The notes under the pieces are model-generated. The model had not been told where the DNA came from. It did not search any database and was given only the letters and a program-made list of their open reading frames with translations. From Bacteroidales bacterium (GTDB lineage Bacteria > Bacteroidota > Bacteroidia > Bacteroidales > CG2-30-32-10), in assembly GCA_050013795.1 (NCBI GenBank), contig JBEKEO010000002.1, forward strand, positions 1 to 51,191: a stretch of DNA of 51,191 nucleotides, given 5' to 3'. Both the position numbers and the translations under genes were made by a program. Below are positions 19,193 to 28,450 of the stretch, piece by piece. The stretch's first letter is position 1; every line of letters starts with the position of its first letter.

Positions 19193-20122
19193 TCAATCCA
19201 GGGAAAGGCTTGATGTTCCAAGCAAGTTATCGTCGATAAAGATATCGATATAGTAGGTGCCTTTTTTAAATTCTTTAGTCTTCTCCCAGTAAATGCTGAT
19301 ATCTTGGGATGTATTATCGTAATAAACTTCTTTCTTTACTGAATAGGCAATTGTCTTTCCTTTGAAGGTAAATGTGTCGTTTTCTGACTGGCATAAAATA
19401 GCACCATCGGGTTCGGCAATCCTGATATAAATAATTTTATATCCTTTTGTGGCAAGGGCATTGTCTAAAAGTGTAAAGCTTGTCCTTATCTTTAGGGTCT
19501 TTCTTGCATTTCGAGTAAGTATCTCCTGTTTCTTTGAATTCAGACGTATGCCTTCAGAGATTTGGTCGCTGGCTTTTAATGCCGCGCCTGCTTTTATTTT
19601 ATCAGCGAGGCTTGAATATTTCGAAGAAACCTCAATGTTTTTATTTAAAGAAGAGTCAAGTGTGTTTTTTACTTTTAAGTTTTCAGAAGACAGTGATTCG
19701 TTTTTTGATTTCAGGTCCTCGATTTTAGTAACATACTCTTTTAACCTTTTTTCAAGTTCTTCAACCTTTTCCTGATAGTTTGATGCTGAGCCTTTAAGGT
19801 TTTTTATTTCACTCATCAATGACTGGATATTTACTTTTTCCTTTGAAAAAACACTATCCAGTCCTTCATACTCCTTGCTTAATTCATCATATTCTAACTC
19901 GAGGTTTTTTAATTTATGCAGCATCTCGTCTTTTTGCGAGATGGCTGTTGTTTTGGCGGCACTTTCCTGTCGGGCAAGTTTACGGAATTCAATAAGCTGC
20001 CATGTCAGAATAACACAGGCAATGGTAAGAACAATTGTTAAGAAAATAAATAATGTCAGGAAATTTCTCCCTTTGTCTTTACTATCATTATCCGAATTAA
20101 AAAAATAACTGGAGTTTTCCAT
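19193..20122 (-). CDS. Membrane-anchored coiled-coil hypothetical protein
   Basis: N-terminal TM helix, long heptad region, C-terminal beta domain (YIRIAEPDG..GTYYIDIF). Confidence 0.75.
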   Translation of the reverse strand: MENSSYFFNSDNDSKDKGRNFLTLFIFLTIVLTIACVILTWQLIEFRKLARQESAAKTTAISQKDEMLHKLKNLELEYDELSKEYEGLDSVFSKEKVNIQSLMSEIKNLKGSASNYQEKVEELEKRLKEYVTKIEDLKSKNESLSSENLKVKNTLDSSLNKNIEVSSKYSSLADKIKAGAALKASDQISEGIRLNSKKQEILTRNARKTLKIRTSFTLLDNALATKGYKIIYIRIAEPDGAILCQSENDTFTFKGKTIAYSVKKEVYYDNTSQDISIYWEKTKEFKKGTYYIDIFIDDNLLGTSSLSLD

Positions 20123-20128
20123 AAACGA

Positions 20129-21064
20129 CTATTTCATGGCAAATTGTCCTTCTCCAATTAGATATCCATCCGTGAAAACCGATACGACATATGTTCCTTC
20201 AACAAACTCATCTGTTTTATCCCAATACATAACCAAATCCATTGCTTTATTCTCATAATCGATATCCTGTTTGATTGAAAATTGAATTTTTTGTCCATTA
20301 TAATCAAAAGCATGTTCGTCATCATCGGCAACTGTGAGAATTTTATCATCAGGGCGGGCAATACGGATATAAATTGTTTTTGTGCCTGACTGGGCTATAA
20401 GATTTTCGCTTAATGTAAATGATACTTTTATCCTGTCGGTTCTTTTAGCTTTTTCTTCAACATCTTCTTTCTTCCCTCCTGCTTTTAATCTTACAGGAAC
20501 GCCTTTTATATTATATGCCTTCAAAGAAGATGCCAAAGTAACTTTCTCACTAAGCTGTTCTTTGTCTTTGGTCAGTTCGGTAGTCTTTTCCTGTTCTTTT
20601 GAAAATTTATCTTTTATTTGCACATTTTCATTTTTCAGTGTTTTGTTAACACGATATAAGGAATCTATCTGCGAAACGTAACCCTGTGTAATGCCGCGTA
20701 GGTATTCAAGTTTTTTCTTGATGCTGTAATAATCCGCCTGAGTTGCTATCAGTTTTTGAATTTCATCAGCTTTTGCAGTAATAGTGCTGTCCTTCACTGC
20801 CAGTTTTCCCGATAACGAACCGTATTCTTTTTTAATTTTATTGTGTTCGGTCAACAAAGAGTCTAACTGGTGTTGCAACTGTTGGTTTTTTGTTTGTACT
20901 TTTTCTTCTCTAGTTATATTAATATACATCTTTCTTCCCGTCCCTATGAGCACACAAATAAGAGCAACTATAATAACAGACAAAATAATAATAATAATTT
21001 TATTCTTATTGCTTCTCTTTGGTTTTTCAACAACTTCCAATTTCTGTTTTTCAGTAGTTTCCAT
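20129..21064 (-). CDS. Membrane-anchored coiled-coil hypothetical protein (paralog of neighbour)
   Basis: Same architecture; YIRIARPDD..GTYVVSVF. Confidence 0.75.
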   Translation of the reverse strand: METTEKQKLEVVEKPKRSNKNKIIIIILSVIIVALICVLIGTGRKMYINITREEKVQTKNQQLQHQLDSLLTEHNKIKKEYGSLSGKLAVKDSTITAKADEIQKLIATQADYYSIKKKLEYLRGITQGYVSQIDSLYRVNKTLKNENVQIKDKFSKEQEKTTELTKDKEQLSEKVTLASSLKAYNIKGVPVRLKAGGKKEDVEEKAKRTDRIKVSFTLSENLIAQSGTKTIYIRIARPDDKILTVADDDEHAFDYNGQKIQFSIKQDIDYENKAMDLVMYWDKTDEFVEGTYVVSVFTDGYLIGEGQFAMK

Positions 21065-21103
21065 ATAAATTATTTTTCTGATGTTAAGTATTCTTTTGCT
21101 TAT

Positions 21104-21367
21104 TTATTGTTTAGGTTTATTCATTTCATCAACATAATTCAATCTTATTTCGGTAAGGAAATTCTCCATAGCTTTGGCCGATTCTGGCGAAAGATTATTG
21201 GCTGTTTTTTCTTTCAGCATCTCTATTATTTCTATCGATTGTTTAGCCTGCTCTAAATTCCTTTCAATTTTCCCTGTAAGTGGATTTTTCATCTTTCCTA
21301 GCGCTTGCATAGCTGAAGCGTGAAAAATATATAGTAGCTGTATAAATAATTGGTCGTTTTTTTCCAT
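21104..21367 (-). CDS. DUF1844 family protein
   Basis: ALGKMKNPLTG..NLEQAKQSIEIIEMLKEKTANNL..RLNYV. Confidence 0.8.
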   Translation of the reverse strand: MEKNDQLFIQLLYIFHASAMQALGKMKNPLTGKIERNLEQAKQSIEIIEMLKEKTANNLSPESAKAMENFLTEIRLNYVDEMNKPKQ

Positions 21368-21438
21368 CTGTACACCGAATAAGAATGTGCAAATTTAGTG
21401 TATTTTTGAAATAATTTTCAATTTTTATTTATTCTGTT

Positions 21439-22143
21439 TTGATAGGATTAAAATTAACATTTTTAGATGACTTTTTTGCCTTGATCTATCCTAAGGTTTG
21501 TATGGCCTGCGGTAAGAGCCTGTTCAAACATGAAAACTGTATATGTACATTTTGTTTATATCATTTGCCTAAAACCAATTTTCACTTAACGGAAGATAAT
21601 CCTGTAATCAGGCTGTTTTGGGGAAAAGTGCAGGTTTATTCTGCTGCTTCAATGTATTTCTTTCATAAAAAAGGAAGAATACAGAAATTGATGCATCAGT
21701 TAAAATACAAAGGGGAAAAAGAGATAGGGATTTTCCTGGGTAATCTTTATGGCAAAGAATTATTTGCCTCGCCACTTTTTAAAACGGTTGAATTTATTGT
21801 CCCCGTTCCCATGCATCCGAAAAAAGAAAAAATTCGCGGATATAATCAAAGTGAAATTATTGCCATTGGAATTTCTCAGTCGATGAATGCATCGGTAGAC
21901 ACCCAAACACTTATTAAAACAAATAAGACCGAAACACAAACAAAGAAATCACGATTCAGCAGGTGGGAAAATGTTAAGGAGGTTTTTGAAATACGTAATT
22001 ATGACCATCTTGTTAATAAACATGTTCTGCTGGTTGATGATGTGATAACAACAGGTTCAACTATTGAAAGCTGCGTTATGAACTTAGCCAAAGTGCCAGG
22101 AATAAAAATAAGCGTTGTTTCCATTGCGTATGCTTACCAATAA
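21439..22143 (+). CDS. ComF family protein (zinc ribbon + PRTase)
   Basis: CxxC..CxxC, VPVPMH..RGYNQS, LLVDDVITTGST. Confidence 0.92.
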   Translation: MIGLKLTFLDDFFALIYPKVCMACGKSLFKHENCICTFCLYHLPKTNFHLTEDNPVIRLFWGKVQVYSAASMYFFHKKGRIQKLMHQLKYKGEKEIGIFLGNLYGKELFASPLFKTVEFIVPVPMHPKKEKIRGYNQSEIIAIGISQSMNASVDTQTLIKTNKTETQTKKSRFSRWENVKEVFEIRNYDHLVNKHVLLVDDVITTGSTIESCVMNLAKVPGIKISVVSIAYAYQ

Positions 22144-22227
22144 AGAAGAATTATATTTCATGATTGCCTGAAACCGAAATGGCATTTCATATATTTATTA
22201 ATTTTCTTATTTTTGCTTTTTAATTTT

Positions 22228-22301
22228 GGGGCGTTAGCTCAGTTGGCTAGAGTGTTAGACTGGCAGTCTAGAGGTCATGGGTTCGACTCCCATACGCTCC
22301 A
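22228..22301 (+). tRNA. tRNA-Ala (GGC)
   Basis: GGGGCGTTAGCTCAGTTGGCTAGAG..CT-GGC-AG..GGTTCGACTCC..ACGCTCCA; G3:U70 pair. Confidence 0.96.
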
Positions 22302-22306
22302 CAAAC

Positions 22307-22333
22307 AAAACCCCTTTACATCAAAGGGGTTTT
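22307..22333 (+). terminator. Terminator after tRNA-Ala
   Basis: AAAACCCCTTT-acatc-AAAGGGGTTTT. Confidence 0.8.
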
Positions 22334-22367
22334 ATATTTATATCTTTTAACGATTAAGCATTACTTG

Positions 22368-22388
22368 CCTGCCTCGCGGCAAGGCGGG
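22368..22388. repeat. Intergenic copy of the 21-bp palindromic element
   Basis: CCTGCCTCGCGGCAAGGCGGG, 20/21 identical to the insert in the T9SS CTDs. Confidence 0.85.
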
Positions 22389-22726
22389 CAGTGGCTGACT
22401 GTCTGACGAGATAATATTTTTAATTTTCGCTTAAATCTATTCACAATAATATAAAGTTTCCACCTTTTGGTAAAGCAATTCATCGAAAAAAATTTAGTCG
22501 AAAGGCATAAATTATATTGCTTTTAAGCCAATTAACGCATAATTTATGGCTGTTTTTGCCACATTGCAGCTAATTACTGTTTAAACATTCGCAATTTTTC
22601 TTAATGTTGGTGTGATACCCGTTGGTATCGCTGCGCAAACAATTGGTGAGGTGATATAACCAACCGGTAAGACAATGTGAACTTTGGTTGCGATGTGATT
22701 ATGACGATATAAGACAGGGAAAAAGG

Positions 22727-22757
22727 TAAGGGGCTGCGTCTTTGACGCAACCCCTTA
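22727..22757 (-). terminator. Hairpin downstream of the AI-2E gene
   Basis: TAAGGGGCTGCGTC-ttt-GACGCAACCCCTTA. Confidence 0.7.
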
Positions 22758-22809
22758 TGGCTTAAATTTAATTATTACAGAATAAGGTGAGGGAGCTTAG
22801 TCAACTTTA

Positions 22810-23919
22810 TTATACAGCTTTCCTTTTTTTTCTCAATATCGATTTTATTTTTAATACGGGAGGCATGGTGTCGCCAAGCAGGAATCCCCATGGTTTAAGG
22901 GGTTCTATGTGGTCGAAGATAAGTTTTACAATAGCAAGTATAGGTATGGAAAGAAACATGCCGGGTATGCCCCACAATGCATTTCCCACTAATACGATCA
23001 GTATAGCGAAAAGAGCGTTGATCTTTACTTTCGAAGCAACTATTTTGGGAATGATGTAGTGGTTATCAAAAAACTGTATGATGTAAAATATTGCCAGTAT
23101 GTAAAATGAATACCAGGCTGTAGATTTAGTAGCCAAAGCAACCATCATGTGTAATACTATCCCTACAAAACCCCCTATATAAGGAATAACGTTGAGCATA
23201 GCAGCAATGATACCTATAAGGATAGCATAATCAATTCCAAGTATAAAAAGTGTGGAAGAATACAATATGGCTATAATAACAAATTCGATAACCAGCCCGA
23301 CAAGATAATGCTGGATAACATTCTTGGTCTGGGTAATTATTTCGCTTACATTGCCCTGATGGACTTTGCTAAAGAGTTTGTGAATAAAATCGAGTATGAG
23401 TGGTTTGTAAAACAGTATCATAAAGATATAAACGGGAATCAGGAACATGGCCACAAGTCCGGTGCCAATGGTGGCAACGGTATGCCCTATTGAAGAGCTG
23501 ATGGTATCAATGAGTTCGCCTTTGGTTTTTATTATCCATTCTTGTATCTGCTGTTTATTTATATCAAAATATCCTGAAGCCCAGGCAATAGTTTGGTTCA
23601 GCAAGGCTGTGAATTTATTGACCAGTATCGGCCACGATTCGCTGAACATAATTGCCTGCGAATATAAAAGAGCAACTAACCCTGCAATCACGATATAACC
23701 AAGAAATATGGTAAGCATTATAGCTATTACCCTGTTTATTTTCATCCGTACAAACATATTTACCACAGGCAGCAGTACTATAGCTATAATGATGGCAAAA
23801 ACAAGCGGCAATAAAATTAACTGACCGATGTATAATATCGTAAACAAGGCAATAAACCCTATCAGGAAAATAGTTGCTTTTGCATAAAAGGGCAATTTTA
23901 ATTCTTTATCTATACTCAC
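22810..23919 (-). CDS. AI-2E family transporter
   Basis: Multiple TM helices; LNVIPYIG, QFFDNHYIIPKIV..INAL, WGIPGMFLSIP. Confidence 0.9.
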   Translation of the reverse strand: MSIDKELKLPFYAKATIFLIGFIALFTILYIGQLILLPLVFAIIIAIVLLPVVNMFVRMKINRVIAIMLTIFLGYIVIAGLVALLYSQAIMFSESWPILVNKFTALLNQTIAWASGYFDINKQQIQEWIIKTKGELIDTISSSIGHTVATIGTGLVAMFLIPVYIFMILFYKPLILDFIHKLFSKVHQGNVSEIITQTKNVIQHYLVGLVIEFVIIAILYSSTLFILGIDYAILIGIIAAMLNVIPYIGGFVGIVLHMMVALATKSTAWYSFYILAIFYIIQFFDNHYIIPKIVASKVKINALFAILIVLVGNALWGIPGMFLSIPILAIVKLIFDHIEPLKPWGFLLGDTMPPVLKIKSILRKKRKAV

Positions 23920-23952
23920 AAATAATGCATTTTAAAAACTGTTTGTGAATAA

Positions 23953-24357
23953 TTAATCACAGGATTTATTTGTATTTGTTTCCTTCTTATGGGCAAGATG
24001 TTGCAGGATAAACTTACCAAATGATTTAACAGCATCGGGATGCTGGGCTACAACATTTGTAACGCCAAACTGCAATACCGAACCCAAAAACTTTCTGAAT
24101 ATATTGCCCGAGAAGCCAACAGCAATTTTTTTTGTAAGATAACCACTGGCCAAACCAATGGTAGTGCCTAAAATGTCTTCACCCAAAGAAGGTGATGAAA
24201 AAATATCTTTCACAGTACTTTTTAGAATGTTAATTGGTTTTAAACTTTCGTAGGTAATGTGGAATTGTTGTATCAAAAGTTGCCTCTTAACTTCCCGCTT
24301 GACTTCTAATAGTTGAATAGCATCTTTAAGTTCTGTAATGGATGTTATGTTTTGCAT
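23953..24357 (-). CDS. Conserved hypothetical protein
   Basis: 134-aa ORF in operon; ELKDAIQLLE..ESLKPINILK. Confidence 0.7.
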   Translation of the reverse strand: MQNITSITELKDAIQLLEVKREVKRQLLIQQFHITYESLKPINILKSTVKDIFSSPSLGEDILGTTIGLASGYLTKKIAVGFSGNIFRKFLGSVLQFGVTNVVAQHPDAVKSFGKFILQHLAHKKETNTNKSCD

Positions 24358-24363
24358 ATTATT

Positions 24364-24702
24364 TTATTTAAGCACTTGTTTAATAATATAATTGCACATA
24401 CGCCTTTTAAGCTTAGGTATAAAGAAATATATCACTATCGCCACTATACCATAAAAAGCAGCTATGGCGAAAAACCCCAATGAGGTTGCACCAAGTACTT
24501 CACCAAGCCAAAAAGCTAATCCCAAACTGATAAAAAGTATGAAAAACGCAAAAAAGAGAAACACAATAATTTGAGGGACCGCTGATGAAACCACATCCGA
24601 TGTTTTGTCAAGCGCTTTAAGCTTTGCCAACGCTAAGCTGGTTTTGCCATATTCAGTGGCTCTTTCCAGCAACGATTCCATTAATTTTGCATTGTCTTCC
24701 AT
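24364..24702 (-). CDS. Holin-like two-TM membrane protein
   Basis: EYGKTSLALAKLK followed by two TM helices; typical neighbour of YtxH. Confidence 0.7.
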   Translation of the reverse strand: MEDNAKLMESLLERATEYGKTSLALAKLKALDKTSDVVSSAVPQIIVFLFFAFFILFISLGLAFWLGEVLGATSLGFFAIAAFYGIVAIVIYFFIPKLKRRMCNYIIKQVLK

Positions 24703-24723
24703 GTTTGATGTTTTGAGAATATA

Positions 24724-24993
24724 TTAACCTTTTATATCCTGTTTCACTTCTTCGGCTGTAGTCTTTGCCTTTTGTGCAAAGTCGCAAACGTCCTCCTTTA
24801 CATGTTCGATCTTATCGGATATGCTTTCAAGAAATTCATTTAATTTCTCTTTTAAGTCATCTGCACAGTCTTCTCCTTTTTTACATATCTTCTTTCGGGT
24901 ATCTGTACCCTTTGCAGGGGCAAACAAAATACCCAATATAGCGCCGGCAGCAATGCCTGCCAATACGCCTAATACTACTTTTCCTGAATCCAT
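24724..24993 (-). CDS. YtxH domain protein
   Basis: GIAAGAILGILFAPAKGTDTRKKI. Confidence 0.92.
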   Translation of the reverse strand: MDSGKVVLGVLAGIAAGAILGILFAPAKGTDTRKKICKKGEDCADDLKEKLNEFLESISDKIEHVKEDVCDFAQKAKTTAEEVKQDIKG

Positions 24994-25032
24994 GATTTTA
25001 GTTTTTTAATGATTATTATTACTATGATGATT

Positions 25033-25188
25033 TTATAATATTTTCTTCCCCTGGATCACCCTTAGTATTATTGCTATAAAAGCGATAATAAGCAGAATGT
25101 GTATGATGTACCCGAAGTTGTATGCGAAAAATCCGATCGCCCATAAGACAATCAGGCATACTGCTATTACATAAAGTAGATTTCCCAT
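25033..25188 (-). CDS. lmo0937 family small membrane protein (51 aa)
   Basis: Below ORF-track cutoff; manual translation MGNLLYVIAVCLIVLWAIGFFAYNFGYIIHILLIIAFIAIILRVIQGKKIL. Confidence 0.88.
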   Translation of the reverse strand: MGNLLYVIAVCLIVLWAIGFFAYNFGYIIHILLIIAFIAIILRVIQGKKIL

Positions 25189-25409
25189 GATCTTTGTTTT
25201 TAATTATTAATTGATTTTATCTTCGGTTGTTGGTAAAAGTTTTGTGTTCTTGCCATTGTCATAAACTATATAGTAAGCTTTATTACAGTGACGTTTAGTT
25301 GTTGATATGTTTGATTACCCACAGGAGGAAAATAGTATGCCTGCTATTACAGCAAGCATACTGAAAGTAATTATTTTTTTCATTTCCTGTTTGCATAATA
25401 CTGTGATAA

Positions 25410-26048
25410 TTAAAACCTGAATCCTACAGTGCCCTGATACCATTCATTTTTGTAACGTGGGTTTGTAGATGTTCCGTCTCCGTTATTTGTCATAAGGTCC
25501 CAGCCAACTCTGGCGCCGATTACAAAATGTTGTATGGTAATATCCACACCACCTGTAAAGCAGAAAGTGTTTTTCCTGATATTATTATTTTTAAAATCCT
25601 GTTCCTGGTCGGAATTTATTAATGAACTCGAAAACACATCTTCTTGCTTAATCAAGTAAGAATATTGAGGACCCACCAATATGGTTATAAATTCACTTGG
25701 TTTTAATGCTAATAATATAGGCACATCAATATAGTTTGAGGTACTTGTATATTGGTAAGTAAGGCCAAGTACGGTGCCTGTTGCTTTATATCCTCTTTGA
25801 GAAAACAGGAATTCTGGCTGAATACCTAAATATGTTCCAATAGGGATTTCTAAAAAAGCGCCGCCTGCAAAACCGAATTTGCCTTTTGCTACAAAATCTT
25901 CGCCTTTTGTGTCATAAACATTTGAATAATTCGCACCTATTTTCAAGCCAAACAGAAGTTTGTTGCGAAAATCAGTTTTGCTATCCTGTGCGCTGCTAAT
26001 GTTAGCCATTAATGTAACGGCTGCAATAATTAAGATAATTTTTTTCAT
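25410..26048 (-). CDS. Outer membrane beta-barrel (porin family) protein
   Basis: Signal peptide; FGLKIGANYS, IQPEFLFSQRG, NYIDVPIL, terminal GFRF. Confidence 0.85.
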   Translation of the reverse strand: MKKIILIIAAVTLMANISSAQDSKTDFRNKLLFGLKIGANYSNVYDTKGEDFVAKGKFGFAGGAFLEIPIGTYLGIQPEFLFSQRGYKATGTVLGLTYQYTSTSNYIDVPILLALKPSEFITILVGPQYSYLIKQEDVFSSSLINSDQEQDFKNNNIRKNTFCFTGGVDITIQHFVIGARVGWDLMTNNGDGTSTNPRYKNEWYQGTVGFRF

Positions 26049-26105
26049 TTTTTTAATTTTTAGATTTGATTAATAATTTATGTTTCATTTTTGTTAAGTA
26101 AACTA

Positions 26106-26528
26106 TTAGCCTTTTTTAACCGATAAATCATTTAATGATTTATTAAGATTATCCATATCCTGGTTAAATCCGGCTTTAAATATTGTCCAGTTTTCTTTCC
26201 CTTCTACTTTGTAATCCTTTAGCTTCTTTTTCAAATAGTTGTTTTTTTGTTCTAGGTCTGCCACTTTGCTTTCGTCCTTAGATCTTATTTTCCTTTTTTC
26301 GTTTACTATGCTTGCTTTGAATTCGGCAATACTGCCTTCGTTTTTATTGAATCTAATTTCAGATTCCTTTTTTAAAGTTTCATAGACCGTAGTAACAGAG
26401 TCCTTTTGCGCGGCCTGTAACTTTGTTCTTGCTTTTTCTGACCTTTTATCGGGCTCCTGTCCGTAAGAAGTTGAAATTGTTCCGGCCACAAATGCTATTA
26501 TGGCCATGGTTAAGATTGTTTTTTTCAT
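26106..26528 (-). CDS. Secreted helical hypothetical protein
   Basis: Signal peptide; LEQKNNYLKKKLKDYK..WTIFKAGFNQDM; paralog of next gene. Confidence 0.7.
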   Translation of the reverse strand: MKKTILTMAIIAFVAGTISTSYGQEPDKRSEKARTKLQAAQKDSVTTVYETLKKESEIRFNKNEGSIAEFKASIVNEKRKIRSKDESKVADLEQKNNYLKKKLKDYKVEGKENWTIFKAGFNQDMDNLNKSLNDLSVKKG

Positions 26529-26587
26529 TTTATTAAATATAAGATTTGAATTATACTGTTTGTTTCTTTTTTGATTTTATTTTGCTG

Positions 26588-27019
26588 CTATCTGGCATTT
26601 TTATAGGTGAAATCTTTTAATGATTTAGACAGTTCCTCCATATTATTACTAAAATCTGCTTTGAAAGCTTCCCACTTTTCCTTTCCTTCTTCTTTGTAAT
26701 CATCAAGCTTCTTTCTCAGGTCGCTGTTCTTTTGATCTAGATCTGCCAGTTTCTTTTCATATTTGATTTTGATATCTGCTTTCTCGTTAGCAATTCTTGC
26801 TTTGAAATCAGCAAGGCTTTTTGCATTAGCGTTTATTTTATCTTCCGATTCATTTTTAAATTGTTGAATAGAATCTTTAATTGCCTGCGATAGCTCTTGA
26901 TTAGCTATCTCCACTTTATCTTTGGCATCATTAACTTTTTTTGCTGACGACTTACAAGCGGTGAACATTGTTCCTGACATAAGCATTGATATTGCAAGAG
27001 TAAAAATTGTTTTTTTCAT
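26588..27019 (-). CDS. Helical lipoprotein
   Basis: Lipobox FTA-C; LDQKNSDLRKKLDDYK..WEAFKADFSNNM. Confidence 0.75.
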   Translation of the reverse strand: MKKTIFTLAISMLMSGTMFTACKSSAKKVNDAKDKVEIANQELSQAIKDSIQQFKNESEDKINANAKSLADFKARIANEKADIKIKYEKKLADLDQKNSDLRKKLDDYKEEGKEKWEAFKADFSNNMEELSKSLKDFTYKNAR

Positions 27020-27046
27020 TTTGTTTTATGATTATAATCTGATTAA

Positions 27047-27232
27047 TTAAAGCGCTGCTAAAATCTTGAGTAATTCTTCTTTCGTTTTGCCAAGCTTTAT
27101 TTGAAGCCTTCCCAGCATTTCCTCTTTCTTGCCTTCCGCAAACTTCAGGTCATTTTCTGTTATGATTGCAAATTTCTGTTTGAGTTTTCCTTTCTGTTCA
27201 TGCCAGGTTCCTTTTACTTCTGTTATGTTCAT
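27047..27232 (-). CDS. csbD: CsbD family general stress protein
   Basis: KGTWHEQKGKLKQKFAIITENDL..EGKKEEMLGRLQIKLGKTKEE. Confidence 0.9.
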   Translation of the reverse strand: MNITEVKGTWHEQKGKLKQKFAIITENDLKFAEGKKEEMLGRLQIKLGKTKEELLKILAAL

Positions 27233-27297
27233 TTTATTTAGTTTAGTTTATGAATGAATTTTCACGATACAAAGGTCTTTCCTTTATTTCAGGGAAG

Positions 27298-27335
27298 TGT
27301 TACACAACTTTGTAAATAATTTACATCATTCACAC
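27298..27335 (-). promoter_or_regulatory. Cluster operator copy 1 (upstream of csbD operon)
   Basis: TGTTACACAA-N13-TTACATCATTCACAC; -7 GACCTTTG at 27270-27277. Confidence 0.85.
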
Positions 27336-27351
27336 ATTTTGCCTGTGCAAT

Positions 27352-27445
27352 AAAAAAGTGCTTCCAGTATATAATGAAAGCACTACGGAAATTTAATAGA
27401 ACTATCCTATTCTTATTTCACATTGTGAGTGATTAATTCACAACT
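27352..27445 (-). ncRNA. Candidate ~90-nt sRNA or leader
   Basis: Complete operator+promoter upstream, hairpin plus U-tract downstream, no ORF (only ATG-TGA). Confidence 0.4.
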
Positions 27446-27476
27446 CTACAAAGGTGAGAAACTATATGCCGGATAT

Positions 27477-27514
27477 TGTTACAGAATTATAGAAAAAAGT
27501 TACATCATTCACGC
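27477..27514 (-). promoter_or_regulatory. Cluster operator copy 2 (no ORF directly downstream)
   Basis: TGTTACAGAA-N13-TTACATCATTCACGC; -7 CACCTTTG at 27449-27456. Confidence 0.8.
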
Positions 27515-27615
27515 ATGTTGCAAAACGGTTCTCGGGGAGTAACAAAATAAAGGTGTGCCTAAAGTTAGAAATCCTTATTTTGTTTGTTTAATGTTCAACT
27601 ATCAATGATGCCGCT

Positions 27616-27678
27616 ATTGCTTGCCTCGCCTTCGATAAGTCGAAGCCTGCCTCGTTGGCAAGACGGGCGGGAAGCAAT
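27616..27678. repeat. Nested palindromic elements
   Basis: ATTGCTT..CCTTCGA-taag-TCGAAG[CCTGCCTCGTTGGCAAGACGGG]CGGGAAGCAAT. Confidence 0.6.
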
Positions 27679-27708
27679 TCGGGTGAACAAAAGTTTTTTC
27701 ACTCTTTT

Positions 27709-28332
27709 TTAATTTTTGCAATATAGAATAATATTAGCATAAGCATTACTTTCGCCAAGTTCACCGGCTTTATTCCAGTCTGAACAAGCCGCTTCGTTAT
27801 TACCAAGTTTATGCTTAGCATTACCACGAAGGTAGTATGCATATTTATTCATCCCGAATTTATTCAATGAATCAAGCCGGATAACTTTATCAAAATCCAA
27901 TATTTCATTACTATAATCACTTGTTTCATCCATTACAAAACTACGATTGAAGTATGCCATAGCATCCTTTGGATTAAGTTCTATAGCTTTATTTAAATCT
28001 GTTTTTGCACCCGTGTAATCTTTAAGCGCATCCTTTGCCAAACCACGAAAGGAGTATATGTTTTCATCCTTTGGATTAAGTTCTATGGCTTTGCTGAGAT
28101 CTGAAATTGCTCCTGTCCAGTCGCTTTGATGAAGCTTTGCCTTACCACGTTCGCCATAAGCTTTTTCATCGTCAGGGTTAAGTTTTATAGCTTTGTTGCA
28201 ATCTGATACGGCTCCTGAATAGTCGTTTATGCTGTCTTTTGCATGAGCACGATTAAAATATTCCACTGTTGTTTGTGCCTGAATAAAAGGAAAACTAAAA
28301 CAAAGAATAATTAATAATGCTGGTCTTTTCAT
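27709..28332 (-). CDS. Secreted tetratricopeptide repeat protein
   Basis: GAISDLSKAIELNP..AYFNR repeats; ACSDWNKAGELG tail. Confidence 0.9.
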   Translation of the reverse strand: MKRPALLIILCFSFPFIQAQTTVEYFNRAHAKDSINDYSGAVSDCNKAIKLNPDDEKAYGERGKAKLHQSDWTGAISDLSKAIELNPKDENIYSFRGLAKDALKDYTGAKTDLNKAIELNPKDAMAYFNRSFVMDETSDYSNEILDFDKVIRLDSLNKFGMNKYAYYLRGNAKHKLGNNEAACSDWNKAGELGESNAYANIILYCKN

Positions 28333-28450
28333 AATTTAAGATGTTATATAACTCGATTGTTCAATATATAAGAAGGTTGAAGTTGAAGGCTTCGCCTAAC
28401 AAAAGCTTATTCTGTTATCCATATATCATATTTTTGCGAAAAGGATAATA

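Noticed and set aside
22390-22720. Integrase remnant or att site after tRNA-Ala
   Set aside because: No recognisable recombinase fragment or tRNA 3'-end duplication could be found by eye.
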